From positions 2,112,237-2,176,236 of the forward strand of contig OZ244836.1 of assembly GCA_965220645.1 (NCBI GenBank): a DNA stretch of 64,000 nucleotides, given 5' to 3'. This DNA is from Candidatus Aldehydirespirator sp. (lineage in GTDB: Bacteria; Actinomycetota; Acidimicrobiia; Acidimicrobiales; Aldehydirespiratoraceae). The position numbers and the translations under genes are program-made. Below are positions 1 to 8,215 of this stretch, piece after piece (position 1 is the stretch's first letter; every line of letters begins with the position of its first letter). A model generated the notes under the pieces. The model was not told the DNA's origin. It saw nothing but the letters and a program-made list of their open reading frames with translations, and searched no databases.

Positions 1-1
1 C

Positions 2-811
2 GGATCGGTCACCGGCGCCAACACCGCGCAGCTCGCGGCGGTGGCCGACCTCGGGGTGGTGGAGGGCAGGGTGACCGGCCTCGGCCCGGACGAAGTGGCT
101 GTGCGCGAGCCCACCGCCGACAGCGAGGGCCTCGCAGTCGGTGACACCGTGACCGTGCGTTTCCAGCAGGGCGGAGCCTCCCTGACCGTGGCCGGCATCT
201 ACGACCGCGGATACCAGCTGGCCGGCGAGTGGCTGGTCGACAACTCGCTGCTCGACGCCAGCCTGGGCCGCAGTCTCGACACGAGGATCCTGGTGCGGGC
301 CAACGATGCGGGCCAGTCGCTGATCGCCGGCATCGACGCAGCCCTGGCGAGCGACCCGACCGCCCAGATCAGCACCCGCGACGACTTCATCGACGACCAG
401 GCGGGCCAGATCACCGATCTGTTGGCTGTGCTGTACGCGCTGCTGGGCATGTCAGTGGTGGTGGCCCTCATCGGCATCGTGAACACGATGTCGCTGTCGA
501 TCCACGAGCGCACCCGCGAGCTTGGCCTGCTGAGGGCGGTGGGCATGACCACCCGCCAGTTGCGGCGGACCGTGCGCTACGAGGCGGCCATCATCGCCCT
601 CATCGGGACGGTGGCCGGCCTGGTGCTGGGCCTGTTCTTCGGGTGGGCAGCCTTCGACGCCCTCGGTCTCGCCTACTCGGACTTCGCCATCCCGTGGGCC
701 GCGCTGATCGCCATCGGCATCGCAGGCCTGGTCGCGGGCCTCCTGTCCGGCGTCCTGCCCGCCCGCCGGGCCGGACGGCTGGAGGTACTAGACGCCATCG
801 CCACCCAGTAG
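2..811 (+). CDS. ABC transporter permease, FtsX/MacB type, C-terminal part (5' end outside window)
   Basis: Frame is open from the window edge to the stop at 809-811. C-terminal FtsX-like multi-TM block (LLAVLYALLGMSVVVALIGIVNTMSLSIHERTRELGLLRAVGMT...). Confidence 0.7.
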   Translation, partial: GSVTGANTAQLAAVADLGVVEGRVTGLGPDEVAVREPTADSEGLAVGDTVTVRFQQGGASLTVAGIYDRGYQLAGEWLVDNSLLDASLGRSLDTRILVRANDAGQSLIAGIDAALASDPTAQISTRDDFIDDQAGQITDLLAVLYALLGMSVVVALIGIVNTMSLSIHERTRELGLLRAVGMTTRQLRRTVRYEAAIIALIGTVAGLVLGLFFGWAAFDALGLAYSDFAIPWAALIAIGIAGLVAGLLSGVLPARRAGRLEVLDAIATQ

Positions 812-1492
812 CGCTTCGGCAGAGGTCGCGTGTAGCCGCCATCGCCGATGGTACGCGACGGCCACCATGGCAACCAGGACAACAGTCCAGACCACGGCCG
901 GGACGATCGCTCCCAGGTCGTGGACCTGCGAGCCCGAGCCGTAGCGCAACAGATTGCTGGGCCCCCGCAACGGGAGGACTGACCCGAGCCGCTCGTTGGA
1001 GGTCAGGCTGACGTCGATGCCAATCACGCCTATCAGGGCGATCGTCGACTCAAGATCCCGACTGGTGACTACCCCCAGCAGCATGCCGAGCGCGCCGGCG
1101 ACAGCGGTCATGGTCACCAGGCCCAACGCCAAGCCAACCGGCTTCGGCGGCTGGGAGATGACCCACACCACCGGGATCGTGACCACCGAGACCGTGGTGG
1201 CGATGGTTGCAACTACCGCCGAGCGTCCGAAGGCCAGTTCGATCCGGGAGAACCCGGTGAGACGAAGCCTCTGCTCGATGACAGCCGCGCCCTGTGTTGC
1301 GAAGAGCGCCCCGGCGCCAGCGGCCCAGGCGACTCCGAGACCGGCGTCGACGAGCGAGTTCGTGTGCGGGTTGTTGACGTTGGTCAGGTAGAACGCCGCG
1401 GGCAGCGCGACGAGGAGTCCCATTGCCACCCGACGGCGCAGGAGCTCCCTGATCCCAGCCCGGGCCACGGCCCAGATGTGGCTCAATCTCAC
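788..1492 (-). CDS. ABC-2-type transporter membrane protein (by context)
   Basis: 234-aa polytopic hydrophobic ORF. ATGA start/stop overlap (1489-1492) with the upstream ABC ATPase gene. No specific motif recognised. Confidence 0.55.
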   Translation of the reverse strand: MRLSHIWAVARAGIRELLRRRVAMGLLVALPAAFYLTNVNNPHTNSLVDAGLGVAWAAGAGALFATQGAAVIEQRLRLTGFSRIELAFGRSAVVATIATTVSVVTIPVVWVISQPPKPVGLALGLVTMTAVAGALGMLLGVVTSRDLESTIALIGVIGIDVSLTSNERLGSVLPLRGPSNLLRYGSGSQVHDLGAIVPAVVWTVVLVAMVAVAYHRRWRLHATSAEALLGGDGV

Positions 1493-2082
1493 GTCCCGGC
1501 CTCACCCCCGAGCGCAATGACCTGGTCGTAGGTGTCGGGATCATCGATCATGTGGGTCACGATCACCACGGCTCGCTGCTCGTCTCGCCAGTGGCCGAGC
1601 ATCGCCATGAAGGCTTCATAGGTCCGCCGGTCGAAGCCCTGGTAGGGCTCGTCGAGAAGGAGGAGATCAGGGTCGCTCGCCACGGTCAGCGCCAGGTTCA
1701 GCTTTTGCTGCGTCCCGCCCGATACCGAGGCGACCGTGTCGTCCAGCTCAGGGCCGATCCACAACTCCTTCAGCGCCGTCATCACCCGATCGATAGCCGA
1801 GGTCCGGCCGGCGGCGAAGAGCTCGACATGTTCCTGTACGGTCAGCCGCCCGGCCAGCCCTCGATCCTGCGGGCAGTACCCGACGGCGTCAGCCCTCAAG
1901 ACCGCGCCACTCGATGCGGCGAGCAGACCAGCGGCGATCCGAAGCAGCGTGCTCTTGCCCGAGCCGTTCTGGCCGACGACGGCCACGATTCGCCCGGGGT
2001 CCACCCGAAGAGAAACACGGTCGAGCACGGTCCGTTTGCCGAATGACTTCGACACCGAGCGCAACTCAAGGCGGCTGGTCAC
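1489..2082 (-). CDS. ABC transporter ATP-binding protein
   Basis: Walker A GQNGSGKST, ABC signature SGGTQQK, Walker B LLLLDEP. Confidence 0.85.
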   Translation of the reverse strand: MTSRLELRSVSKSFGKRTVLDRVSLRVDPGRIVAVVGQNGSGKSTLLRIAAGLLAASSGAVLRADAVGYCPQDRGLAGRLTVQEHVELFAAGRTSAIDRVMTALKELWIGPELDDTVASVSGGTQQKLNLALTVASDPDLLLLDEPYQGFDRRTYEAFMAMLGHWRDEQRAVVIVTHMIDDPDTYDQVIALGGEAGT

Positions 2083-2118
2083 GCGTGCCTCCCCGGCGGT
2101 CGGCGCCGCTACTGTCCC

Positions 2119-5100
2119 TCATCGGATGACGAAATGTCGGATCTCTCCCGAATAGTGGACCCCGACTATCAGACTGCCGTTGATCGCGAAGCGGTGCTCC
2201 CAGGCCGTATGGAGTTGCTCGACCAGCCAATTGACTCCGTCGGCCGAACCTATGACCTGCAGCGAGTCGTATGCGTTGTCCGTGTCCAGTCCTTCACCAA
2301 TTCCCACTGCGCCCGGTCCGTCGCCCCACAACCGGATGCGCCAGCGCCCGGGAGGCAGAGGCAATCCAATCGGTTGCCAATTCGACCCCGCCGCGTCGCC
2401 GAGCCACACCTGCGTTCCGGGTTCGTCCTGCCCGGAACCTGCTCGACCGCTGATCGAGGGGCCGGTCACCAGGACTCGGTCCTCTACTGCAAGGAGGCCA
2501 TACAGCCGCGCAGCGGCCCCGGCAGGAGGATCGACGGCCAGCCAGGACGAGCCGTCCGGAGAGTAGAACATAACCGGCCCGGGATCTCCCGGCGCTGGTT
2601 GCCCAGGTTCGTAGAGGTTCGCCAGCGCCACGTATCCGGCGCTGGTTCCGACCACCTGGCAGCAGGTCCCTCCGTCGACCTTGGGCAAGGCGGCTCGAGA
2701 CGGCTCCTCTCCCCAGGTCGCCGACCACACGTCCCCCGACGTCATCCCTGGGGTTGACGTCCGCAGCAGCCATCCGTCCGGCCCGATGGCCACCTGCTCG
2801 GCCCATGTGTCCGCACTCACGCCATGGGGCAGGCCTTGAACAGCAGGCGGGACGATCTCGACGGTCTCCCAGTCGATCAGATCATCGGTGATTGACACAT
2901 AGATTCTGTCGTCCTGCTGCAGGGCGAAGACCAGATGCAGCCCGTCGGACGTCACGTCGTGGATCGGACCTGGACTCGGAGGCACGTCGCCCGCAAGCAA
3001 GCTCTCGAATGGAACCGAGAACGGCTCTGGAGACGTCCAGTCGAGGCCGTCCGCAGAGACCCGCACAACTAATCGAGTACGGTCCCGTGTCCAGAACGTC
3101 CCATCCGTCGGGTGCCCGAACTCCAGGAACCCGTCTCGCCATGGCAATACCGCCGGACCGACTTGATTGCGGATGAAGAAATCGTCATAATGATCGATCC
3201 ATAGTTCGCCGTACGCTTGTCCCAGAAGAAGAGATGTTCGGAATTCGGTGTCCACGGCACATGTGTTCGGGCGAATGACAGCGTCGGAAGGCGCGGGCGT
3301 TTCGTATCGTTCTATGAGGCCGCCTTTGCCGAATGTAAGCAGCGTGTCGCCGTTCACGGCCGTGCCCGTCCAGCCCACGGGAGCCTTGTCGTGCATCATC
3401 AGGCATTCAATCAAACTGGTGCCTTCAGCTAGATCTATCTCGTAGAACTGGGAGCCGTCCGATTCTCCCAACAAGTACAGTGTCGTCTCGCTGCTGGAGT
3501 CCGTGTTGCTCGATCCGTAGATTATCGCGCCATCATTGACGCTGCCGATCTCATACAGCCAGAATTCCTCACCGGCTATAGGTCCGATCTTCTTCCAAGA
3601 CAGACCATCCGATGAGAAGACCAGAGACGCTGGCCCGAACCGCCAAGGAGCATAGCCAGCCTGAGAATGATCGGACAAACCGATATAACCGTCGCTAGTC
3701 GGCGCTATTGAGCAGCATCGGCCACCGACAGGCGGCAATTCGGCTCTGACCGGATCCTCACCCCATGCAGCCACCCAGACGGATCCGAACATCTGCGAGG
3801 TGGGAATATAGGGCTTGTTGCGTAGCAACCCGTCGATTCCGTACTCCAGGTACAAGTCCTGCGTTGTGCCGAGTTCTTCCCAGGAGAAGCGTCTGGTATG
3901 GGGTTCCGCGTCTGCAGATTCGTGATCCTCGTTCGCCGCCCATTCGAACGTGACGCCCTCGCCGTCATAGGCGGTGGGTCTGATCCATGAGGATGATCGC
4001 CTGATCTCCGCGGGCAGCAATGACGGCAAGTCCATGTAGGCGCTCGTCACTGCTTCCAGGAGCCACCCGCCCTGCGAGACGTCCAAGTCAGTGAGATCGA
4101 AGTAGACCTGCAACGATTGGTGCAGGAAGTCGGGCCGGGATATCAGGATCTCGCGCGTATCCCAGTCCGTGAGGTCGTTCGTGACAGAAACGTAGACCCT
4201 GGAATGCGGTGTCGGGCCATCGATCGTATCATCGCTCTCATCGTCGGACCATGCACTCTTATGTGGAGGCCAAGGGACGGCGACCACAAGATGTTCGCCG
4301 TTCGATGCGACATGAACACCGGGTGAGTATGGTGGTTCGATCTGATAATCGTCCCGCCGGATGATGAGGGGTTGGGAGAGGTGCTCGCGAGGAACATCCA
4401 GGGTATCGAAGTCGGTCCACTCAAGGCCGACGGCGGAGAAGCGGAAGAAGAATTGAGATTCATCCCAATACCCGTCGTCGATCATCGGATGACCGACTTG
4501 CAGGAATCCGTCCTTCCAAGGCACTAGCCACGGAGCAATGATCCGCCCGCCGCCGTGATCGTATTCTGCGTCGATGCGGTACGGATTGTAGGTACTCCAA
4601 CTCGTCGAGCTGAAATTCTCGCCATCCTCCTCAAGGACGGATGAGCTATCTAGGTCGTTCGTTTGCGTGTCTGGGCTGTGTAAGTCTTCTGTTGACTCTG
4701 GATCTACCAATAGCTCTGAGTCTTCTGTTGACTCTGAGTCCTCGGCGCCTCCATCCTCAGACTGTGCTTCTTGTGATTCGTAGTCTGCCTCGGGCGTTTC
4801 GGCCTCTGCTGCTTGGTTCTGCTCGACCGGCTCTGTGCTGTCTAGGTCGTCTGTTGGGGTGTCTGTGGCGTCCCTGGGGGTGAGGTCCGCTTCGTCGCGG
4901 GGCTGGACGCTCGCGGTCGTCGTTGCTTCGGCCGTATCGGAGGCGGTCTCGCCCGTCGTGGTCGAACTGCATCCGAGTGCGCCGAGGGGGAGCAGGAATC
5001 CAGGAGCCAATGCGCATAGTGCGGCCACACGCCTCCGAGTTCGGTGGCTGGCTGCGCCCCTCGCAACGGTCGCGCAACGATCGGAGCTGCACGCCACGCT

Positions 5101-5121
5101 CGCATCATAGATGGACCTCAC
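2119..5121 (-). CDS. Large secreted lipoprotein with BNR/Asp-box-like repeats and an internal duplication
   Basis: Lipobox-like signal (LPLGALGCSS) and a long D/E/S/T-rich linker. Two homologous ~400-aa modules follow, carrying SxDGxxW motifs (SADGLDWT, SSDGLSWK, SPDGSSWL, SADGVNWL) and a repeated WG(E)(D/E)P...CC...TS.GY segment. Confidence 0.6.
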   Translation of the reverse strand: MRSIYDASVACSSDRCATVARGAASHRTRRRVAALCALAPGFLLPLGALGCSSTTTGETASDTAEATTTASVQPRDEADLTPRDATDTPTDDLDSTEPVEQNQAAEAETPEADYESQEAQSEDGGAEDSESTEDSELLVDPESTEDLHSPDTQTNDLDSSSVLEEDGENFSSTSWSTYNPYRIDAEYDHGGGRIIAPWLVPWKDGFLQVGHPMIDDGYWDESQFFFRFSAVGLEWTDFDTLDVPREHLSQPLIIRRDDYQIEPPYSPGVHVASNGEHLVVAVPWPPHKSAWSDDESDDTIDGPTPHSRVYVSVTNDLTDWDTREILISRPDFLHQSLQVYFDLTDLDVSQGGWLLEAVTSAYMDLPSLLPAEIRRSSSWIRPTAYDGEGVTFEWAANEDHESADAEPHTRRFSWEELGTTQDLYLEYGIDGLLRNKPYIPTSQMFGSVWVAAWGEDPVRAELPPVGGRCCSIAPTSDGYIGLSDHSQAGYAPWRFGPASLVFSSDGLSWKKIGPIAGEEFWLYEIGSVNDGAIIYGSSNTDSSSETTLYLLGESDGSQFYEIDLAEGTSLIECLMMHDKAPVGWTGTAVNGDTLLTFGKGGLIERYETPAPSDAVIRPNTCAVDTEFRTSLLLGQAYGELWIDHYDDFFIRNQVGPAVLPWRDGFLEFGHPTDGTFWTRDRTRLVVRVSADGLDWTSPEPFSVPFESLLAGDVPPSPGPIHDVTSDGLHLVFALQQDDRIYVSITDDLIDWETVEIVPPAVQGLPHGVSADTWAEQVAIGPDGWLLRTSTPGMTSGDVWSATWGEEPSRAALPKVDGGTCCQVVGTSAGYVALANLYEPGQPAPGDPGPVMFYSPDGSSWLAVDPPAGAAARLYGLLAVEDRVLVTGPSISGRAGSGQDEPGTQVWLGDAAGSNWQPIGLPLPPGRWRIRLWGDGPGAVGIGEGLDTDNAYDSLQVIGSADGVNWLVEQLHTAWEHRFAINGSLIVGVHYSGEIRHFVIR

Positions 5122-5333
5122 CGAGTCTCACAGATCGGCGTCACCGAGGCCAAGACCCCGGAGCCCGGCGCTTCAGAGATGGCCGCCAGCGGTCGCCGTC
5201 TTCGCCGGTGCGCTCGAAGACACCGACACTTGGCGGCGCACCCAAGAACGGTGAGATATCTGCTGAAGCGAGCGGGCTCCTGAGGGCCGTACCTTAGTGC
5301 TGTCAAGGATTTAGGCCATCTGAGGTGGGCTTA

Positions 5334-5347
5334 TCTGATATTGGGAC
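5334..5347. repeat. Left copy of the 14-bp target-site duplication TCTGATATTGGGAC of the IS481-family element
   Basis: Identical 14-mer at 7064-7077. It directly abuts the TGT terminus of the element. Confidence 0.75.
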
Positions 5348-7063
5348 TGTGCTGTCCCGGTACATGCTTGACGCGTTGGCTCCGGTAGGTGTGTTACACC
5401 TTTGGGACGCGGGTCCGGTAGCTGGGCGACACTGGCTCCGGTAGCTGTGTTACACGTGGGTGGTCCGCATTTGGTGGTGCTGAGCCTTCTTCACTTGTGA
5501 CGGCCTGGTCGTCACATGGGAGGGGGTCGTCGTGTTGGTGGAGCTCGGTGTGGTGGAGCAGCGGCATGCGGCGGTGTTGGAGGTGTTGCGCGACGGCGCT
5601 GCGGTGTCTGAGGTGGCACTGCGGTTCGGGGTGACCCGCCAGACGGTGCATCGGTGGCTCAGGCGGTATGCGCAGCGGGGTTTGGCGGGGTTGGCGGATT
5701 CGTCGCCGCGTCCGGGTTCGTGTCCGCACCAGATGCCGCCGGAGGTGGAGGCGCTGGTGGTGGGGTTGCGGCGTGAGAATCCGGGGTGGGGGCCGCGCAC
5801 GTTGTTGTTCGGGCTCGAGGCGCGCGGTGTTCAGCCGTTGCCGGGGCGCTCGTCGGTGTATCGCTGTTTGGTGCGCCATGGGCTGATCCAGCCGCAGGCC
5901 CGCCGTCGCAAGAGATCCGACTACAGGCGTTGGGAGCGCAGCCGGGCGATGGAGCTGTGGCAGATGGATGTGGTGGGCGGGGTGATGCTTGCTGACGGCT
6001 CCAAGGCGTCGATCGTGACCGGGATCGATGACCATTCGCGGTTCGCGGTGTCTGCTTTTGTGGTTGAGCGGGCGACGTCTCGCCCGACGTGTGACGCGCT
6101 GGCGGCGGCGATGCGGGCGTGGGGGGTGCCTGATCAGGTCCTGACCGACAATGCGAAGGTGTTCACGGGCCGGTTCGGGCCCAGCGCCGGCGGTGAGGTG
6201 CTCTTTGATCGGATCTGCAGAGAGAACGGGATCGGGCACCTGTTGACCGCTCCTCGGTCGCCGACGACCACGGGCAAGGTCGAGCGGTTCCACAAGACGC
6301 TTCGACAGGAGTTCCTCACAGGCAAGGTCTTCGAGTCCATCGCAGACGCCCAGGCGCAGCTGGACGGCTGGGTGCGTCACTACAACTTCGAGCGCCGCCA
6401 CCAGGGCATCGGCGACGTGGTGCCGTGGGAGCGGTTCCGCCTAGTCGTCGAGGACCGCCCCGCCGTGCCCGCACGGCCGGCTGCGCCCCAGCTGCCGCAG
6501 GCCCCTACACAACCGTCGGCGACTCGCAAGGTGAGCCGCTCGGGCAAGATCAGCTTCGCAGCCCAGCAATATGCGGTCGGTGTGTGGCTCGCGGGTGAGA
6601 CCGTGGAGGTCACGGTGGACGCGGGGCTGGTCACGATCAGCCACCGCGGCGTCGTGGTAGCCACCCACGCCCAGCGCCACACTCCCGCGAAGGGGGTCAA
6701 GGCTCTGCGCCGCAAACCCAGACCCCTGCGCAGTGCGAGGCCGCGTCAGCCGACGGTGGGCCAGGTGGTGACCCGCAAAGTCGACTCGTCGGGCTGCGTT
6801 TCGTTCGCGGGGGTCAGCTACCGCGCCGGCAGCTCTCATCGGGGCCGCCAGGTCCAGGTCGCCATCGTCGACAACAGCGTGGAGATCACAGCCGGTGGGG
6901 AGGTGCTGCGGGTGCATCCGATCCGCCATGACCGCAGCCGAGAGCACGGCGCGTTCGCCAACGCCGGCGGCCGCCCGTCGCGCATAAACGCCGCCTGAAA
7001 CCTGCGCCAACCTGTAACGCAGCTACCGGAGCCAGCCTGTAACACGGGTACCGGAACTTGACA
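5348..7063 (+). mobile_element. IS481-family insertion sequence (~1.7 kb)
   Basis: Single DDE transposase ORF with termini TGT...ACA. Imperfect subterminal inverted repeats on both ends share CCGGTAC and TGGCTCCGGTAG..GTTACA. Flanked by a 14-bp direct repeat. Confidence 0.8.
5532..6998 (+). CDS. IS481-family DDE transposase (integrase core domain)
   Basis: N-terminal HTH (VSEVALRFGVTRQTVHRWLRRY). DDE triad context WQMDV / LTDNAKVF / ERFHKTLRQE. Typical IS481 N-terminus. Confidence 0.9.
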   Translation: MLVELGVVEQRHAAVLEVLRDGAAVSEVALRFGVTRQTVHRWLRRYAQRGLAGLADSSPRPGSCPHQMPPEVEALVVGLRRENPGWGPRTLLFGLEARGVQPLPGRSSVYRCLVRHGLIQPQARRRKRSDYRRWERSRAMELWQMDVVGGVMLADGSKASIVTGIDDHSRFAVSAFVVERATSRPTCDALAAAMRAWGVPDQVLTDNAKVFTGRFGPSAGGEVLFDRICRENGIGHLLTAPRSPTTTGKVERFHKTLRQEFLTGKVFESIADAQAQLDGWVRHYNFERRHQGIGDVVPWERFRLVVEDRPAVPARPAAPQLPQAPTQPSATRKVSRSGKISFAAQQYAVGVWLAGETVEVTVDAGLVTISHRGVVVATHAQRHTPAKGVKALRRKPRPLRSARPRQPTVGQVVTRKVDSSGCVSFAGVSYRAGSSHRGRQVQVAIVDNSVEITAGGEVLRVHPIRHDRSREHGAFANAGGRPSRINAA

Positions 7064-7077
7064 TCTGATATTGGGAC
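7064..7077. repeat. Right copy of the IS481 target-site duplication TCTGATATTGGGAC
   Basis: Identical to 5334-5347. Its last 6 nt (TGGGAC) are also the first 6 nt of the island att repeat. Confidence 0.75.
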
Positions 7078-7089
7078 GTGGAGCTAAGG
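7072..7089. repeat. attL-type direct repeat TGGGACGTGGAGCTAAGG of the tRNA-Ala island
   Basis: Exact 18-mer repeated at 15418-15435, where it overlaps the tRNA-Ala 3' end. Confidence 0.8.
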
Positions 7090-7441
7090 TAATCCTAACA
7101 CCCTTGACGAACCACGAGGTCAGAGCGCTTTTTGCACAGCCAGATTTCCCGGTGGTTTACCGCGAACAGCGTACGGTTCGAGATAGGGAATCGAACCCCT
7201 GCCGCAAGGGGAATCGAACCCCCTGCTTGTGGCTGTCGGCTCAGAGTCTCTGGTGTCAGTGGCGAGTGCGCAGAGCCCTGCTCGCACGAGGCCCGCACGA
7301 GACCCCAATGCCCCATGCCTGCAAGATCGTCGAGGTTCCGCGTCGGGCTCCGCGGAGTGACCGTCCAGTTGGAGTTCGCCTATCGGGGGCCGGGCGCAGT
7401 CGCAGCGGGACGGCGTCCGCCTGTAGCGAAGAACAATTGGG

Positions 7442-8182
7442 CTAGGACCGATACCCCTCAAGCGCATAAGGGTTGAGAAACTGGCGCCCCCAGAGCCGTT
7501 CCTCGTCGGCGTGGCTGGTTGCGGCGATGTCGCAGATCTCGTGCCAGTGGGCGTGGATCGCGGCGACTTGTTGGTCGACGATCTCCTTGGCCTGGTGGGC
7601 GGTCAGGTGGTAGCGCCCAGCGTGCGCGACACAGCGCGCGACCTGGCTCAGGCGGTCCCCGTCGGGTCCGAAGGCCATCGCTTGGGCGGCCTCTCCGCCG
7701 GCGCGGGGCTGTGGGCAGATGTCGTATGCCGGCGTGAGCGTCAGATCCGCGCCGTCCCAGAAGGCGGATTGGTTGCGGGCGTGGTCGTCGGTGTTGCCGA
7801 CGAGGATGTTGAAGACGATGCGCGAGAACATCTCCCGCAGCGTCGCGTCAGCGTCGGTGAAGCGCGCCCGGATCTGGTGGGCCAGGTCGGCATAGGTCGC
7901 GTAGCGGCCTGCGATGCCGTATGCGTCGTGTCGTTGCAGGATGGTCACTGCCGAGACCATCATCCGTCGAGCGCCGTGGCGGGTTCGATCGAATCGCTCC
8001 ACCATGAGAACCTCTCGGCCGAGCGCCTTCTCAAGTTCGACGGGGGCGGCGTCGATCCCAGCACGGCGCGCCAGTTCCATGGCGATGTACTCGGCCTTTG
8101 AACCACGGTGAAGCGCCGCTCGGCCGTTCGTCGTGGCCGAAGAAGTGCCCGTGCTCCGCTCTATTAATGACAGATATGGCAA
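7442..8182 (-). CDS. HipA-like Ser/Thr kinase, C-terminal domain only (probably an N-terminally truncated remnant)
   Basis: HipA_C hallmarks: VERFDR, catalytic loop VGNTDDHARNQS, AYDICP. Only 246 aa, so it lacks the N-terminal domain and P-loop region of ~440-aa HipA. An AT-rich junction lies directly upstream. Confidence 0.7.
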   Translation of the reverse strand: MPYLSLIERSTGTSSATTNGRAALHRGSKAEYIAMELARRAGIDAAPVELEKALGREVLMVERFDRTRHGARRMMVSAVTILQRHDAYGIAGRYATYADLAHQIRARFTDADATLREMFSRIVFNILVGNTDDHARNQSAFWDGADLTLTPAYDICPQPRAGGEAAQAMAFGPDGDRLSQVARCVAHAGRYHLTAHQAKEIVDQQVAAIHAHWHEICDIAATSHADEERLWGRQFLNPYALEGYRS

Positions 8183-8215
8183 TCTAGACTGGATTATTGT
8201 CTGTTAGAGTGCAGT

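Noticed and set aside
7185-7300. An additional intact tRNA or tmRNA gene on the minus strand, suggested by the GGTTCGATTCC boxes.
   Set aside because: I could not pair an acceptor stem or find D and anticodon arms at the right spacing. These are treated as fragments only.
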